Part shown: in pieces, positions 14,501 through 27,610 of the stretch
Position numbering within the stretch: the first letter of the stretch is position 1
Layout: each line of letters begins with the position of its first letter
Source of the DNA: Lingula anatina
Lineage: Eukaryota; Animalia; Brachiopoda
Assembly: GCA_051362555.1 (NCBI GenBank)
Contig: CM120644.1
Coordinates: forward strand, 690,954-754,953
Length of the DNA stretch: 64,000 bases
Direction: 5' to 3'
Notes under the pieces: model-generated
Seen by the model: only the letters and a program-made list of their open reading frames with translations
What the model was told of the DNA's origin: nothing
Databases searched by the model: none
Program-made: the position numbers and the translations under genes

Positions 14501-17500
14501 TAAAAAAGGCTTTTTGTCAACATTTTAATGTTTCATTAAATTTTTTTCTTCTATTTTTTTCCTGGGCCAAATGTTTCTTTCTTTTATAACTAGGTATGCC
14601 ATGCCCCTATTTTTCATTTGTGTGAAGACCAATGTCAATTTCACAGTGGTGGCATCCTTCCTGGTAGAAACAGAAAATCAGGAATCCATCATGGAGGCCC
14701 TGGCCATAATCAAGAAATTCAGCCCAGAGTGGGATCCTGAACATATGATGGTGGATTACAGCATGTCTGAAATAAATGCATTAGAAGCCTCATTTCCAGG
14801 TTTGTGCACACTTGTTTGACAAACATTTATACTTAACAGCAGATGCAGCTCAAGCGTATACATCTGTATTTTAAAGATTTTGAGCACAACTAGTAAAAAT
14901 CACAAATGTTAAATTTTTATAAATTAGGATTAGTCAACCTCATTAATCAACTTTCCAGTCTTGTCTGCCTTACCCACCCTGGTATTGATTGATTGATTGT
15001 ATTTGACTTGATTAACAATTACTAATCTAGATAATATATTTTGTAACGGGAAGGATAAATGGCCTTCTATGACTTGTTTTATTTAGAGAAAAATGTATTG
15101 TACCTAGAGAAAAAATTACAAATAAAATTTTTTTTTCAGAAACAAAAATCCTCCTATGTGATTTCCATCGTGAAAAAAGCTGGAGAGAATGGGTGTCAAA
15201 AATTCAGAATGGTGTGTCAGGGTGCCAAGAAGAATGCCTTGGCATCCTAAGAGCTCTGGCACACAGTCCAACAGTCACAGATTATAAAGAGACACTGGCG
15301 CATTTTAAGTCCAGTGATTTGTGGAAAGATAATCCCAAATTTAGGACCTATTTTTCCAACCACTGGGAATGTAGAGCTGAGGTAACAATTAACTGCAGAA
15401 AATACTCGATTATGAACTAAAACAAAAATGTTAATCCTAACCATTGTTTTAAATTTGCATAGATATGTTATATGTAGGCACTAGTGTTGTATAAAAAATT
15501 TTGTAAATGCAGTGTCTTGAGGTGCTGATTTTAATTTTTATGCTGTCATAAATGATAGGCGGTTGCTCTAAAATCTTATTTCAAAAGTGGGTAAAAGCAT
15601 ACAGGGGCACATTGCTGATCCCCGTCAATTCCAACAACGGATTGGAAAGGCAAAATCTTGCCTTAAAGGATAGTTATCTGCAGGGATTTAAGAACTGCAC
15701 TGTAGAAGCTTTGGTGAAGGTGTTGGTGGAAATGTTCATTCCCAACTCATTTGTCAGGTAATTAATTTTTAAGAAAAAGGGCAATTACCGGGGGGGGGGG
15801 GGGGGGGGGGGGGTATTAACAGAATGGACTAGGAAATTGGGAAATTTGACTTTTTTGTTCTTTGTGGACTATGTAGTTTTATATGTACATATTTATATGA
15901 AAGTATGTCTACTTCCTTCAATCCTACTGTACTACTACTTTTATCATCTGCATGCGTAGGAGCTAGTGTAGTACTTTGGATCAGTGTGTCGCCAGTCAAT
16001 CACATCAGTTTTCCCTTTGCAGGACAATTTATTAATTGATAAATGCACCAGGGTTTGACATTCCATTGCATAAGAGATTTAATGAAAGGAGTGCTTGTTA
16101 ATTAAGTAATGCATTTTAAATCCAATTTTACAGATACATACTTTTACTTAAGTCCATATTAATGTGTGTATTAGTATAATTTGATAGATCGCTTAATTTT
16201 TTTAGGTACCAACAACTAAACATCCGTTGCTCTGCTGAAAAAAGGCAGTACAGTCAAGAAGTACCAACTTTCCTGCACAACAGACCAGTGCAGTTTGTAA
16301 GGCACATAATGGATCGGTGGACAACATTTAATATCAGCAACGTCAAGAGGCTGTCATCAAACCATTTCAAAGCAAAGAATGATGACCAGACAGAATATAA
16401 CATTTCACTGGATCCCTGCTGTTGTGAGTGCCCTGATTTTTGCCAACATAAAATTCCATGCAAACACCTTTGTGCAGTCCTGAAATTTCCAGGGGTGTCT
16501 TGGTCTTCACTGGGTTCAATTTTTAACAGCAATCCAGCATATTTGCTGGACGAGGATGTCATCGACCAATCTCCTGTGTCATACAGTGATGAAATTTCAA
16601 CGGTAACATCTGAACCTTCCTATCTTACATCTGAGTCTCACCCTACTGAAACAGATGTCATAATAAATGACCTTCCCAAAAGAAAGAAAAACGTGGCCAA
16701 AGAACAATCCATCTGCATTTCCTTGGCCAAGGAATTACTGGATTCACTCTATCAGATAGACTCTCTCCAAGACCTGCAGCGTATCAGGAAACAGATAGGC
16801 ATGGTGTTAGAAGAAGCAAAAGGGGCAATTCCACATGAGTATGGATTACCAAAAAAACCTAAGTCTCCACGTAAAAAGCCAAAGGTATCACCCAAAACAA
16901 AAATTGGTTCTTTACCCCAAAGACAGAAGAAGCTGCAGTTGATGAAAAGAGTGGGAAAGGGAGCAGAAATAGCTAGAAGAAAGCGGGGATTATCTGATCT
17001 CAACTTGAGTCAAGCAGGTATTTTTATATCAATTAATATTTTAGAGGTTTTGATTATCCTATTAGGTTATCAGGCTGCATTAGCTATCTTGACAAAATGT
17101 ATGAGTATGTTTTTTTTTTATTTCTTTTAGGCAAAGATATTGGGCATGCATAATGTATTTTGTATAAATTACTCATAATCTCTTTAAATGTTTAATTGAG
17201 GGGTATAAAGTGAAGCATTCAAATAAGAATTATTAAATTATTTTGTAGCAAAACCATCAGCAGTTCCACCAATAAAGAAAGTATGTGTGGAAGCAAAAAA
17301 ACAAGAGTCACCAAGCTCACCAAAGGCACAAAACAAAATCAAAATACATTTAAATCGATGTAAGTACTAGAAGGTTTTGACCAATGCTATGCAGCATGGG
17401 CAGTGGCAGTAAGATAGGAGGAGTACTCATTGGAATATGTGTAGGAGTATGTTTGTAAAAAGTAGTAACAAAAAATTATATCCTATTACATTTTAAAAAG

Positions 17501-19888
17501 AATAAAAATAATGAATGCCTTTTCAACTTTGAACTTTTATCATTAATAATAAGCTTTACATTTATCATTGAAGATGCTGTCCCTTCACAAAACACCAATG
17601 TGACGCTTGGAAAATACAAGTCGCATCATATAACGTATGACAGTATTACATCTATAAATGGGATGCTTGCTGATGAAGTAAGTAAACAGGTTTGTTACAC
17701 TGGTAAAAAATAAGGATCTTATCATATCTATTGTTAAAATGAGCTGCATATACTGAAATGATGCCTTGCAGCATTTGCCTTGTTATTGATAGTACATACT
17801 CAATGTAAGAAGACGTTAATTTCTCTTTCTGCTGCTTGTTTTTTTTTTTTTATATATAAATGAGATACATAACATGCTTAATGTTTTTAGGTAATTGACA
17901 GTTATCTGGACATTATGATTAGCAACAGTGGCAAGAAGGTAAGGATTATAATGAAGTGCAATAAAATGACAGAATTAAATGTCATTGAAAACACCAATAA
18001 CATTTGGTTATAATTGATGAAATGGTAATAATGATCAAAGTAATAATAACAACTATTATTAACTTTATTATTGTAAAAATAAAAATAATAATTATGTTTA
18101 TTAAAGGGATAAGAGCTGTTCATTTTGGCCAAAATAAAAAAGGATTTTTTTTTGGTCAAAATGGACATACTTACCAATGGTAGATACATCCATTCTGACA
18201 ATTTAATTTAATCAAGGTTTTTTCTAAGCTTGGTTTCTTGTAAGAAATTAAGAAATTATTGCAAAAGGTAGCTGTCTGTGGAGGTCTCATAGTTCGATGG
18301 CAAGTACAGATTCCAGAATAATTGTGATAAATGACATTTTGGTGGTAAAATAGAATTTATTATATTTCTGGGATTGTTTCTAGTGTATTTATTATGAAAC
18401 ATAAATCTCATACAAAACGTTTTCTCTTTAAGCTTTAAATGTCAGATTGTGTATTCTAACTGGCTTTCTTAGCTGGAATTAAAATTGTAAAATACACTGC
18501 TGCACTATATACATATCAGTACTACAGACACATATACTCTAGTTCATGATGGCATGCTCACGTCATTACAAGACTTAGTATATCATAGCATCATGCATGA
18601 TAAAATAATACATATTATGCATTTTGAAGCTGTCGAGATGTTTCCAAGATCATAAAGAGAAGGGTGATTCTTTGCTCATATGAGATACAAACGTCATCAT
18701 TTAAATTATTCTTTTTACAGGTGTTCCATGTGAGCCTTCATGTAATGTCCAGGATTGTATATGATAGAGACATGACTTATTTTTCTAAGGTTAGCCATAT
18801 ACACATTGAATAGTTATGCCTTAAAGAAAGAACTTTTAAATTTTTTTTAGCCATTATTGAATTTTTTTAACCTCCTTTAACTGTACTGGCACTTCTAAAA
18901 AGGCATTAGAATATATGTAATAGTTTTTTAAAATGTTATCTTCCAAATTTATGTTTTAAAAAGTCATTATTCTCAATACTTTGGTTTCAATTTTTAATTT
19001 TCATAGATATATAAGTTTGGTGACATTCATTTAGTAATTGTAATAGTAATAGTAATTTAGTAATTGTTTCCTATCCCAGTTGCAAAGAATAGCTTCATTT
19101 GAGTTTAAATTCTTTTTCCAATTTTTTTCTTTGTTTTTAATATAGAAAGACCTCCGAGAATATGACATCATTGTGGGAGTTTGTATTAGACGAGGACACT
19201 ACTCTGTCTTGGTAAATATTCAACCCTTACATGGGACTCTCTTAGATTTAAAATTTGGATTTGGGTTGTTTTTACTTATGTAGGCAGTTTATCTCTCCAA
19301 AATATGTAACACTGCTATATGATATGCTTGACATTAGGCAATAACAAATCTATATCATTTTTAATTATCCTGTTTTTGCAAAGAAAACTCTACATTTATT
19401 TGTATATTTAAAAGACAATTTGGAAAATTTAAGTACTTTGTATTAGATCTGATGTTTGATTAATTCGCCACACCAACACCAATTGTGTTTTGTGCTACTT
19501 TGAAAATATGTTGTAATGACTGGGGCTTATTTTTTCACTTGTGCCTATAGTATTGTGGAAGAAAGGAGGGGAAATACACCTTTGTCAATTCTCTTGGAGA
19601 GACTGACCAAGAAAAGGACACAATCACAAGAAACTGGGGGTAGTTGAATTTAAAAACATTAAAAAAAATGATAATATGTCATATTGTATGGCATTAATAA
19701 TATATTTTATTAATTATGTTATTTATGTGTGCAAAGTGCAGACAAATCAATGTTATGATTAGGTATAATTGTCCTAGTGATGTATTTTTAGCACCTTTTC
19801 CAAAAGAAAAGAAATTGGATGCCAGTTTGTCACCATCGATCATGAAAAACAAATAGATGGCTACACTTGTCGGCTGTGGTCTATACAT
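10556..19888 (+). CDS. MULE/Mutator-like transposase (CaRF-like N-terminus, DDE, SWIM) fused to a Ulp1/peptidase C48-like domain; multi-exon, 5' exon frameshifted, ends not found
   Basis: Exons 10556-10676 (frameshifted, NCPAQITL), then phase-compatible 10847-10987, 13278-13574, 13784-13911 (LMDATY), 14594-14799 (MMVDY), 15140-15381 (CDFH), 15588-15757 (NSNNGLERQN), 16206-17017 (SWIM CECPDFCQHKIPCKH), 17249-17359, 17574-17677, 17891-17938, 18721-18789, 19146-19211 (GHY), 19551-19639 (NSLGE), 19792-19888 (HEKQIDGYTC); 860 open codons from 10847. Confidence 0.85.
11945..12791 (+). mobile_element. Helentron-associated non-autonomous element (HINE) in a MULE intron
   Basis: 5' subTIR AGGATTCCCC with adjacent palindrome and (ATT)n; TGACCT-rich core; 3' subTIR GGGGAATCCT (12750-12759); hairpin ACTGGC-TTTA-GCCAGT; ends CTAG-T inside (ATT)n. 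Confidence 0.8.
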
Positions 19889-21039
19889 GTGAGTTATGTT
19901 ACCTAGGAAGCACACATATCAATATAAGTTTTAAAATTGTACACCACTGAAGAGTCCCCAAGCGAAACCTTCATAGGGCAGTAAAATTTTTTTAAAATTT
20001 ATTATGTAGTGTGGGGGCATTTGAGGATCTCACTGTTTTTGTAGATTTCAAAATAGATGGGGTCATATCTGTCTGGAAATGTCACCGAGTTTGCCCTTTG
20101 GTTCGATGATTAATACTGATAACAATTTATCTTTTTCTTGATTTTCAGTTGTTGCAGACAAAAGACACCTAGAATTAAGACCTGTTGGGCATAAGATCAA
20201 ATTAATTATGTCCTAAAGCAACACTTAGTGTATCAAATCCTGGAAATTATGTTACTATTATATACTACCTACCCTGAGTGTCAGAGCAACGTAAAAGCTA
20301 GCTTGCTAAATATACCTTGTGGTGGAGTCGCTTTTACTGGTATTGCTACTATGGGTTATATATGAAATCAAGATCGAGCTGGCAATACCGGAATCTAGAA
20401 CCTAGGGTAATACTACCATGCACTTATATCAAATATTATATATACAGAATATTGGATGAATCTTTTGCATTAAAAGTGGACATTCCATAATATTTTTTAA
20501 ATATATTTGTATTATTACCTTTTACATAAATTGCTATTGGGATGCTGTTTTTTTTTTGTTGTTTGGGTGATGGACTTGTTAACAAGCCATGTGCACTAGC
20601 ATCTGAATTAATTATATATGCTGGATAATAATACTGTAATGTATTTATGTCTTCATTTTTACATAATTGTGGAGAAAAATAGTTTTAAGATCTTAACAAA
20701 AAAAAAAACAGTCAATCTTAAGTTATGCCAGAGCGCTCTAAGTTAATTTTATGAGTAAAATTATTATACTAAAATACAGTTAAATTGTTATTTAAAATAA
20801 AATTAATTTTGGGTGGGTCCAAATCCAGGGTCTTTTTATCACCTGCAGTACACATACCTTATGCACTTTCTAAGAGGGATCAATATAGGGCGATCAATAT
20901 ATGTGCAACAGAAAAGATTAACATAATGATTGTTGTAAAATATTAATGAAAAGATGAGTCTCTCTTATTGAAATCCGCCTGTCTATCTACCAGTTTGACT
21001 TTCGTAAAATCATACACCCGCTATAAACTGGCGAAAATC

Positions 21040-21533
21040 AGGTCTTCCTGAATTCCAGTTTTAAGGAGCCTTCTATTTGACTCTACCCTCAGAGAACTGC
21101 CCTGTGGAACTTTTTTTTTTTTCCTTGGGGATATTTTTTCGAAAATTTCTTAACAAAATAGTTGGATGATTTAAAAAAAGATAATAGTGTAATAAAATAT
21201 TAGTTTTCTGTCATGTTTGTAGATGATTTTCAAGAATATTTTACTATAGTATGTATCCATAAAATATATAAAATATGTCAAATAAACTGTATTTTGGTAA
21301 GACACTTATATATAAATTATATTGGTCCTGGTCTTGCTTTGTGTGCTTTTCTGATATAATAGATCTTAATTCACAATTCCTGCACTACCTGGTTTATCTG
21401 CATTTTCTTACTTTTGATAAATAAATATACCCTAATATGGTGGTTGGGGTTATGTGTGATCTGTTTGTCGATACTGTTGATAAATTATTATACCTTAATA
21501 TGGTTATTTGGATAATGAATGATCTTGCTTTGT

Positions 21534-21583
<50 letters not shown>

Positions 21584-21810
21584 ACATAATGTTAGCTCAT
21601 AATTGCTGCACTTACCTTTATAATTATTTACCCTCGCATGCTCATGTTTATGTTTGTAAATCAATATATATGTATATATATATATATATATGCTTGTTGT
21701 AAATATTTCAGGCAAACCAGCTGATCCAGTTATCATCATCAGGAGAAAAAAGCTATCACAGCATGAGGAAAACAAGTCTTATTTTCCATTGCCTTGAGAC
21801 CTATTTCTCA
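21040..21810 (+). pseudogene. Degenerate partial copy of the MULE 5' region
   Basis: 21060-21620 aligns with 10915-11565 (exon GCCTTCTATTTGAC.CTACCCTCAG plus intron with poly-T); 21700-21785 aligns with the start of exon 13278 (ATATTTCAGGCAAAC...CATGAGGAAA.CAAGTCTTATT). Confidence 0.8.
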
Positions 21811-22529
21811 CCTAACACAATGGGTTAATTCGCACCAATCAACAGATTTTGAGCGTATTCTATTTATATTTTTAATTATTACGTAGTTAATTTTTTTCAT
21901 TTATGATAAATCCATTTGTCTGATTCATCTGTTGACTGTTACTTCTGTTCACTCTGACAGACTTTATGATGTACATCAGCTTTCATAGAGGTGAAAGGTT
22001 TTGTTTTAGTAGTCATAAATTCATCTAAAACCAGTTTCTAAAAAGAAGATGCATTTTACGTAATAAGGAAAAATGAAATTCCTTTGTTTCCATAACAAGT
22101 ATTATTGTGTACTGTTTCATTTTCATCATTCGATTTTAAGGGAAAAGACAAACTGTTAACTAGTATATGACATAAGGAGAGACCATTATTGTGTATTTGA
22201 CTGAGGCTCTTTAATGAGAAATATTAAGATCACTTGTTCATTCATTACAAAATTCATAACAAATGTGATCTTTAAGTCTGATGGCTCACTTTAGTTGTTC
22301 ACCCACCCCCAGCAAAATTCAAGGTCTACCAGTATTATTTTCTGCACATCTTCTAGATTTGATATTTCCACCTTACTTCTCTAGTGATATTTTAAATATA
22401 TATAGTGATACTGTAAGTGCAAGCAGGATAGGTGCAATAAAGTATATACTGTTTATTTTTTTGTCTTGCATGATCTTTATTTACACTTCCTTTCGCACCC
22501 AACCCTGCACCCCCCCCACCCTCGGCAAA

Positions 22530-22875
22530 CCCTACCTTCTGGTACACCCCCCACCTCTGGTACACCCCCCACCTCTGGTACACCCCCCCACCTCTGGTAC
22601 ACCCCCACCTCTGGTACACCCCCCCACCTCTGGTACACCCCCCCACCTCTGGTACACCCCCACCTCTGGTACACCCCCCCCACCTCTGGTACACCCCCCA
22701 CCTCTGGTACACCCCCCCACCTCTGGTACACCCCCACCTCTGGTATACCCCCCACCTCTGGTGCACCCACCCCCTGGTATACCCCCCACTCTGGTACAAC
22801 CCCACTCCTTGTAAAACCCACCCCCTCGTCTTCTCCTCCCCCCCCCCCCCCCCACTGACATACCCCACCCCTGGT
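22530..22875. repeat. C-rich minisatellite, CACCTCTGGTACAC(C)n, ~18-20 bp unit
   Basis: About 14 tandem units seen directly; the related motif CCCTGGTATACCCC recurs at 23806-23930 and 37018-37107. Confidence 0.9.
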
Positions 22876-23049
22876 TTAGCAGAGCCACAAGCTTATACAA
22901 AAAGAAAATGTTCAACAGACTATTAAGCTCTTTATTCACGTAGGTCCTTTAGAAAAATGGTGAAAGTAAGAGAAAATAAAATATAATGGAGATAAATATG
23001 TGAAATTTACTGTCTTAATCTATATTCTCTCTACCAACAGTTCTACTTA

Positions 23050-23270
23050 GGAAAAAACCGGGGCTAGTTGCCCATATCACGTCTCTTGAATAAAGTTACT
23101 TTAAGATGCTACATTATTTCATTTGGACTCACTGCCGACGCTTTCTTAGCACTATTGGATACGGTCACTTCACAAAATGATGTGATCAATTCTTTTACCC
23201 CATAGTTACTTTGTCATAAATTGACGGGGGGGCCAACTTACCCCGGGGTCCAACTAGCCCCGGTCTCTCC
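23050..23270. mobile_element. Tc1/mariner-type MITE with TA TSD
   Basis: TA|GGAAAAAACCGGGGCTAGTTG ... CAACTAGCCCCGGTCTCTCC|TA. Confidence 0.75.
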
Positions 23271-24081
23271 TAACAACTTAGCAGCTAGGGTATTTCTTCA
23301 AATGTAAAACACTCGCACTTTAAGCGTAATTCGTACTTGAAACCCGCTGTTATTTGTAAAAATACCACCAACATACCCATACCAAAAATTACATATATAT
23401 GACAAAAAAGTACTATATTTAGTAAAGCACCACGCCCTGAGGCCTACATTACTGGTTCAAAATTATATCTGAAACGTGTAATTAGCGATCGTGATAGGCT
23501 ACAAGCAGAAATCAATTGCATAAAGATACTGTAGGCCGTAATAGAGACACTTTTTATTAATCATTGAATTTCATTCGAATTTAGCTTATACACAGGCTAA
23601 TAGTTTAAACCATACATCTTATCTCTGCTAGAAATTAGATATAATGTCCGCACAGCACACGTATCACTGTATATAATAAACGAACACTGTGAACAAAATG
23701 AGTAGAAAAAGCAGTCCCAACTAACACAATACGATAAATATAGTAACATCGATGATCAATATAAAATACAGTAACATTAACATAATTGCCAGTTTCGGTT
23801 GACAACTGGTATACCCCCACCCCCAGGTAACCCCCCAAACCCCTGGTATACCCCCACCCCCTATATATATATATATATATTTCCCAACCCCCTGGTTCAC
23901 CCCAACCCCTGGTATAGGCCTACCCCCAACTCCACCACCACCACATACGCTCTTTTTACGTACACGCGAGCACAATCTCGCACATAAGTTATTTCAACAT
24001 GAAATAGCAGATACAGCGCACGTGAACTGAACATTCAACTGTCACATGTTTACATAACACTAGCTGTCGATGAATTACTAA

Positions 24082-24993
24082 AGCCTCGGTCACAACCGGA
24101 CGCACGAATTTCAGGCTAGGATCGTACGTCCCCTGCGATTTTTGGGTGAGATGTCCTTTCAAACAGGGACGCTAACTGCAAGGAGCGATGGCCGTGGAAA
24201 TTGTACTCATTTATTGAGTTTGTCTTGCTTCCTGTGTACGTGGCACACACTCACCACTTACGAAGGGAATGCAACGCACGGCGAAAGTAGTGCCCTTTTG
24301 CGTCAGTTTTGCTTCACACTTGCCTCACGCGTTTGTGGTGACGTACTGACGGCGTACGTCAGTTTTGCTTCCTGTTCTCCTCTTCTTTCTTCTTCCTCCT
24401 CCCTTTTTCTACTCTGTAAGTTTCTTTCTTTTGCCTTTTGGAGGCATATTAGAAACTAAATTGAGCAAAAAATTTTAAAAAATTAAAAACTGTTGTATAC
24501 GTTACACAGTCGACGTTCATTGTAAAGACACGAGCAACAATCTAAAGCCTTAGAGAACATCCAAAAAAGAGCTCTTCATATTATATACCCTGAACTCGCT
24601 TACAACGAAGCAATGGACATCACTGAATTACCTACCTTGAAATCTCGGCGTACTGACTTGTGCAAAAAATTATTTAATGAGATTAAACTGTGTACCCATA
24701 GATTAAACCATCTTTTACCTAAGACTCGTGTCATAGAAAAGGACCTCAGGAATGTTTTACCAAAATGTCGGACAAAAAGATATAGAAACACTTTTATCCC
24801 ATACAATTTCCAATTTCCACGTCCATCGCTCCTGGCAATTAGCGTCCCTGCTCGAAAGGACATCTCATGTGGCCCTTGCGACTGGCAAGGCAGACTTTCC
24901 TCTACCTCTACGACATCCACGGCCTCCGCAACACCCAAAAATCGCAGGGGACGTACTCTCCTGAAATTCGTGCGTCCGGTTGTGACCGAGGCT
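24082..24993. mobile_element. PIF/Harbinger-type non-autonomous element with long TIRs
   Basis: AGCCTCGGTCACAACCGGACGCACGAATTTCAGG... is mirrored at ~24930-24993; the IR extends to 24204 and 24811; C-TAA / TTA-G flanks fit the TWA target. Confidence 0.75.
24535..24805 (+). mobile_element. LINE (CR1/L2-group) ORF2 C-terminal fragment
   Basis: LENIQKRALHIIYPELAYNEAMDITELPTLKSRRTDLCKKLF...LPKCRTKRYRNTFIPY is a typical LINE post-RT C-terminus. Confidence 0.75.
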
Positions 24994-25955
24994 TTAGACG
25001 GCTAAGCTGACAGTATTCTAGTGAGACTCTCCACAAGGATAGATCAATCTAAAAATCTGTGGGAATGGGGTCTATATTCAGTAAAAATATTTTAAAACAT
25101 ATTCAAATGATATTATCTAGAAATATCCAAAATGAGGTATTAGAAAACGAGGGGGTGGCGTAAGAATTGTCATCAGTGTTAGGCATTTTGAGAGATCAAT
25201 TTTTTAATTGAATTTTGGTGTACTTTTTAACACAACTAAATTTCATTTTATTTGGCAGTTAAACGCCGCAGATCAGATATAGGAGCAATATGTACTGTGG
25301 TAGTGATACCAACCGGTTCGAAATATCAGCGTATTACAACGTGAACAGCACGATTTTGACTATGATCTCATACATTTAACAGATTTATAAGTTGGCTATT
25401 AAAAGGAGGTGAAGTCAACAAAAGGCAATAAGACAATGAGTAACTATGTCGGTGCTGGAAAGTACAAACCGAAATAATATCGTTGGTGAGTATGAACTAC
25501 AGCTAAAACAGAAAGTCCCTTGACAGTCGCGAAACCGTGGCCTAGGCCTCGCGAGGCCTGATCGTGTAGACTCGCCCTCCGCCCCCTTCTGGACAATAGA
25601 AGGGGGAGTGTCGCAAACGATGGGGGCGTTGATGGAAGCGACGCTTGGAGGATTATACAATTTGGCACGTGCCTTGATTACAGCCTGGGTCATGAGTTCG
25701 TCACTTCAAATAACCAGACATAATTAGAGGTCAGTAGCTGTAAGACCGTCACCGGCATCGCACAGTTGGTGTCACCTAAACAGTATAAGGATAACTGTAC
25801 CGACTTAAATTTTATTCCCGTTCATTACTTGGAACTATTTGCTTCAATAACATTTTGTCTATTTTCTATTTTCTATCCACTTTGTAATATGAAGTAATTA
25901 AAAAAAAAAACAAATGCATGCAATCGCCTGTTGAAAAAAAGGGTTTTCGTTACTA

Positions 25956-27610
25956 CAGACTTGACATTTATATTTTTTTCGAAATAATTTTTTATCAGTT
26001 TTTTTCCTATTTTGCTGACTGATAAATGAAAATAAGGATTAAAATCGTGTTTTAATAACTTTAAATTATCTCTTTGATGTCATTGTGACATCAGTTCATT
26101 AATGGAATTCGCCAGAGAAGCAAACAAAAACACATTGCCTATTCTATGTCATACGACTCCCATTAAAAGAGAGATTTTGGATCTCCATATTTTCCCAATT
26201 ATCGTCTGTAAAAGGGTAATACGCTCCACAAAAGACCCTCATGTCAGTTGCTAGTCACAGTAATGGTCGTTGTTACGCCTGGCCGCTTCGTGGCTGTTGC
26301 CAGGGCTCTCAAGCGGCAAGGCATTTCTTGGGGGTAGGTTTTTAGAGTTCAATCTGGATTAGCATTCCAGGCATCGGTCTAAAATTGTCCAATCTGGTCC
26401 AGTTTTGTTGTAGGACATGTAGGCAGTTGATTGGTGAGTAATGGTCTACCGAAATATTGTCTATGTGGTTCAAATGTGGCGATTTTGATGACCAGGGTAG
26501 CTGCTCATTCCCTTGGTTCTGTAAGTTATCTGCTATTAAAAGTGCTCTGTGTGAACCTGCAACCTCATCGTGCAACCTAGAATTGTTCCTAAGGTGCCCC
26601 CTATCAAATGATAGTCAAGTGATTTCGAGATTATTCCTTTATTTAATCTGGTTCAGGTTTTCGTCAATGACTACCGTTGGTGTTTTGGCACCAATATGGA
26701 ATCTACTCCAAATACTGACGCTGTCAATCACCCTTGTCACTTTAGACCCGGCATATGCTTCGTCGTAGACCTCCTCTGGATATCTGTAAACTCTGTTTTG
26801 ACTAATTGGGCGGTACAGGTGAAATCTGACCTCAATAAAGAAAGCCACGCAGTTTCAGTGTTCTACCCAGAATCGTTCATGGCCCCCAATTCATTAGAGA
26901 AACAGACGACGATGTTTTGCTGTATACAGTGGGTACCTCGGAGGTCATTTGGTGTTCTTACCTGCTAAAACCAGTTTGGTGTTAGCTAAGGACTTTGAAA
27001 AACGCATTTAAGTGGCAATTTACCCCTCGTTCTGAACGGACTAAGTGTTTTTTGTTTAGTTGCACCAGCGTATCCCGAAAGACAGTGGGTCCTGTACCCT
27101 GTAGGTAAAATTTTGATACATTGGGGGTGACCTCTGTGTAGGTACATCAGTCTGGGCATTACTCTATAAAACTGTGGGGACCGTTCCGTTTGGCGCTATG
27201 ATCTGTCTGGTTATGTCTGTCTTTTTCGCGCCATTCTGCCTTAGATTAACAAATTTGTAATGCACTACTTGACTCATCTTACGCACTGCAAAACTGACCG
27301 CTTGCATGCAAAATTTCAAATTCTTCTATGCAGTAGTTGCCGAAATATGGATACTTTTTTGACAGAACCAAGCTTTGCCTAAGCCAAGCTTTGATCAGCC
27401 CAAAGGAACACTACCCAATTAAATCACTGCAAATTACATAATGTAGCAGCGCAACAGGCATGAAAGTCAGTTAATTGGTAGTGACACACCTGACTGCACA
27501 CTTTTACATTCACAAATCTTATATGAGATCGAAGTTTTTTGAAAAAAGAACGTATTTTTATCTAGGTATACCTTCGAAACTAAAATATTCCATATTAAAT
27601 GTCAAGTCTG
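25956..27610 (-). mobile_element. Decayed Tc1-family DNA transposon
   Basis: TA|CAGACTTGACATTTA ... TAAATGTCAAGTCTG|TA; transposase remnants FFIEVRFHL..NRVYR (cf. FSDESRF) and LPWSSKSPHLNHIDNI (cf. WPS.SPDLNPIEN) in broken frames. Confidence 0.85.

Noticed and set aside
22281-22939. Pro-rich or Gly-rich ORFs
   Set aside because: Open in several frames on both strands because of a stop-free minisatellite with variable unit length
5250-24000. Terminal inverted repeats for the MULE
   Set aside because: No convincing reverse-complement match between the 5-10 kb and 22-24 kb regions by eye
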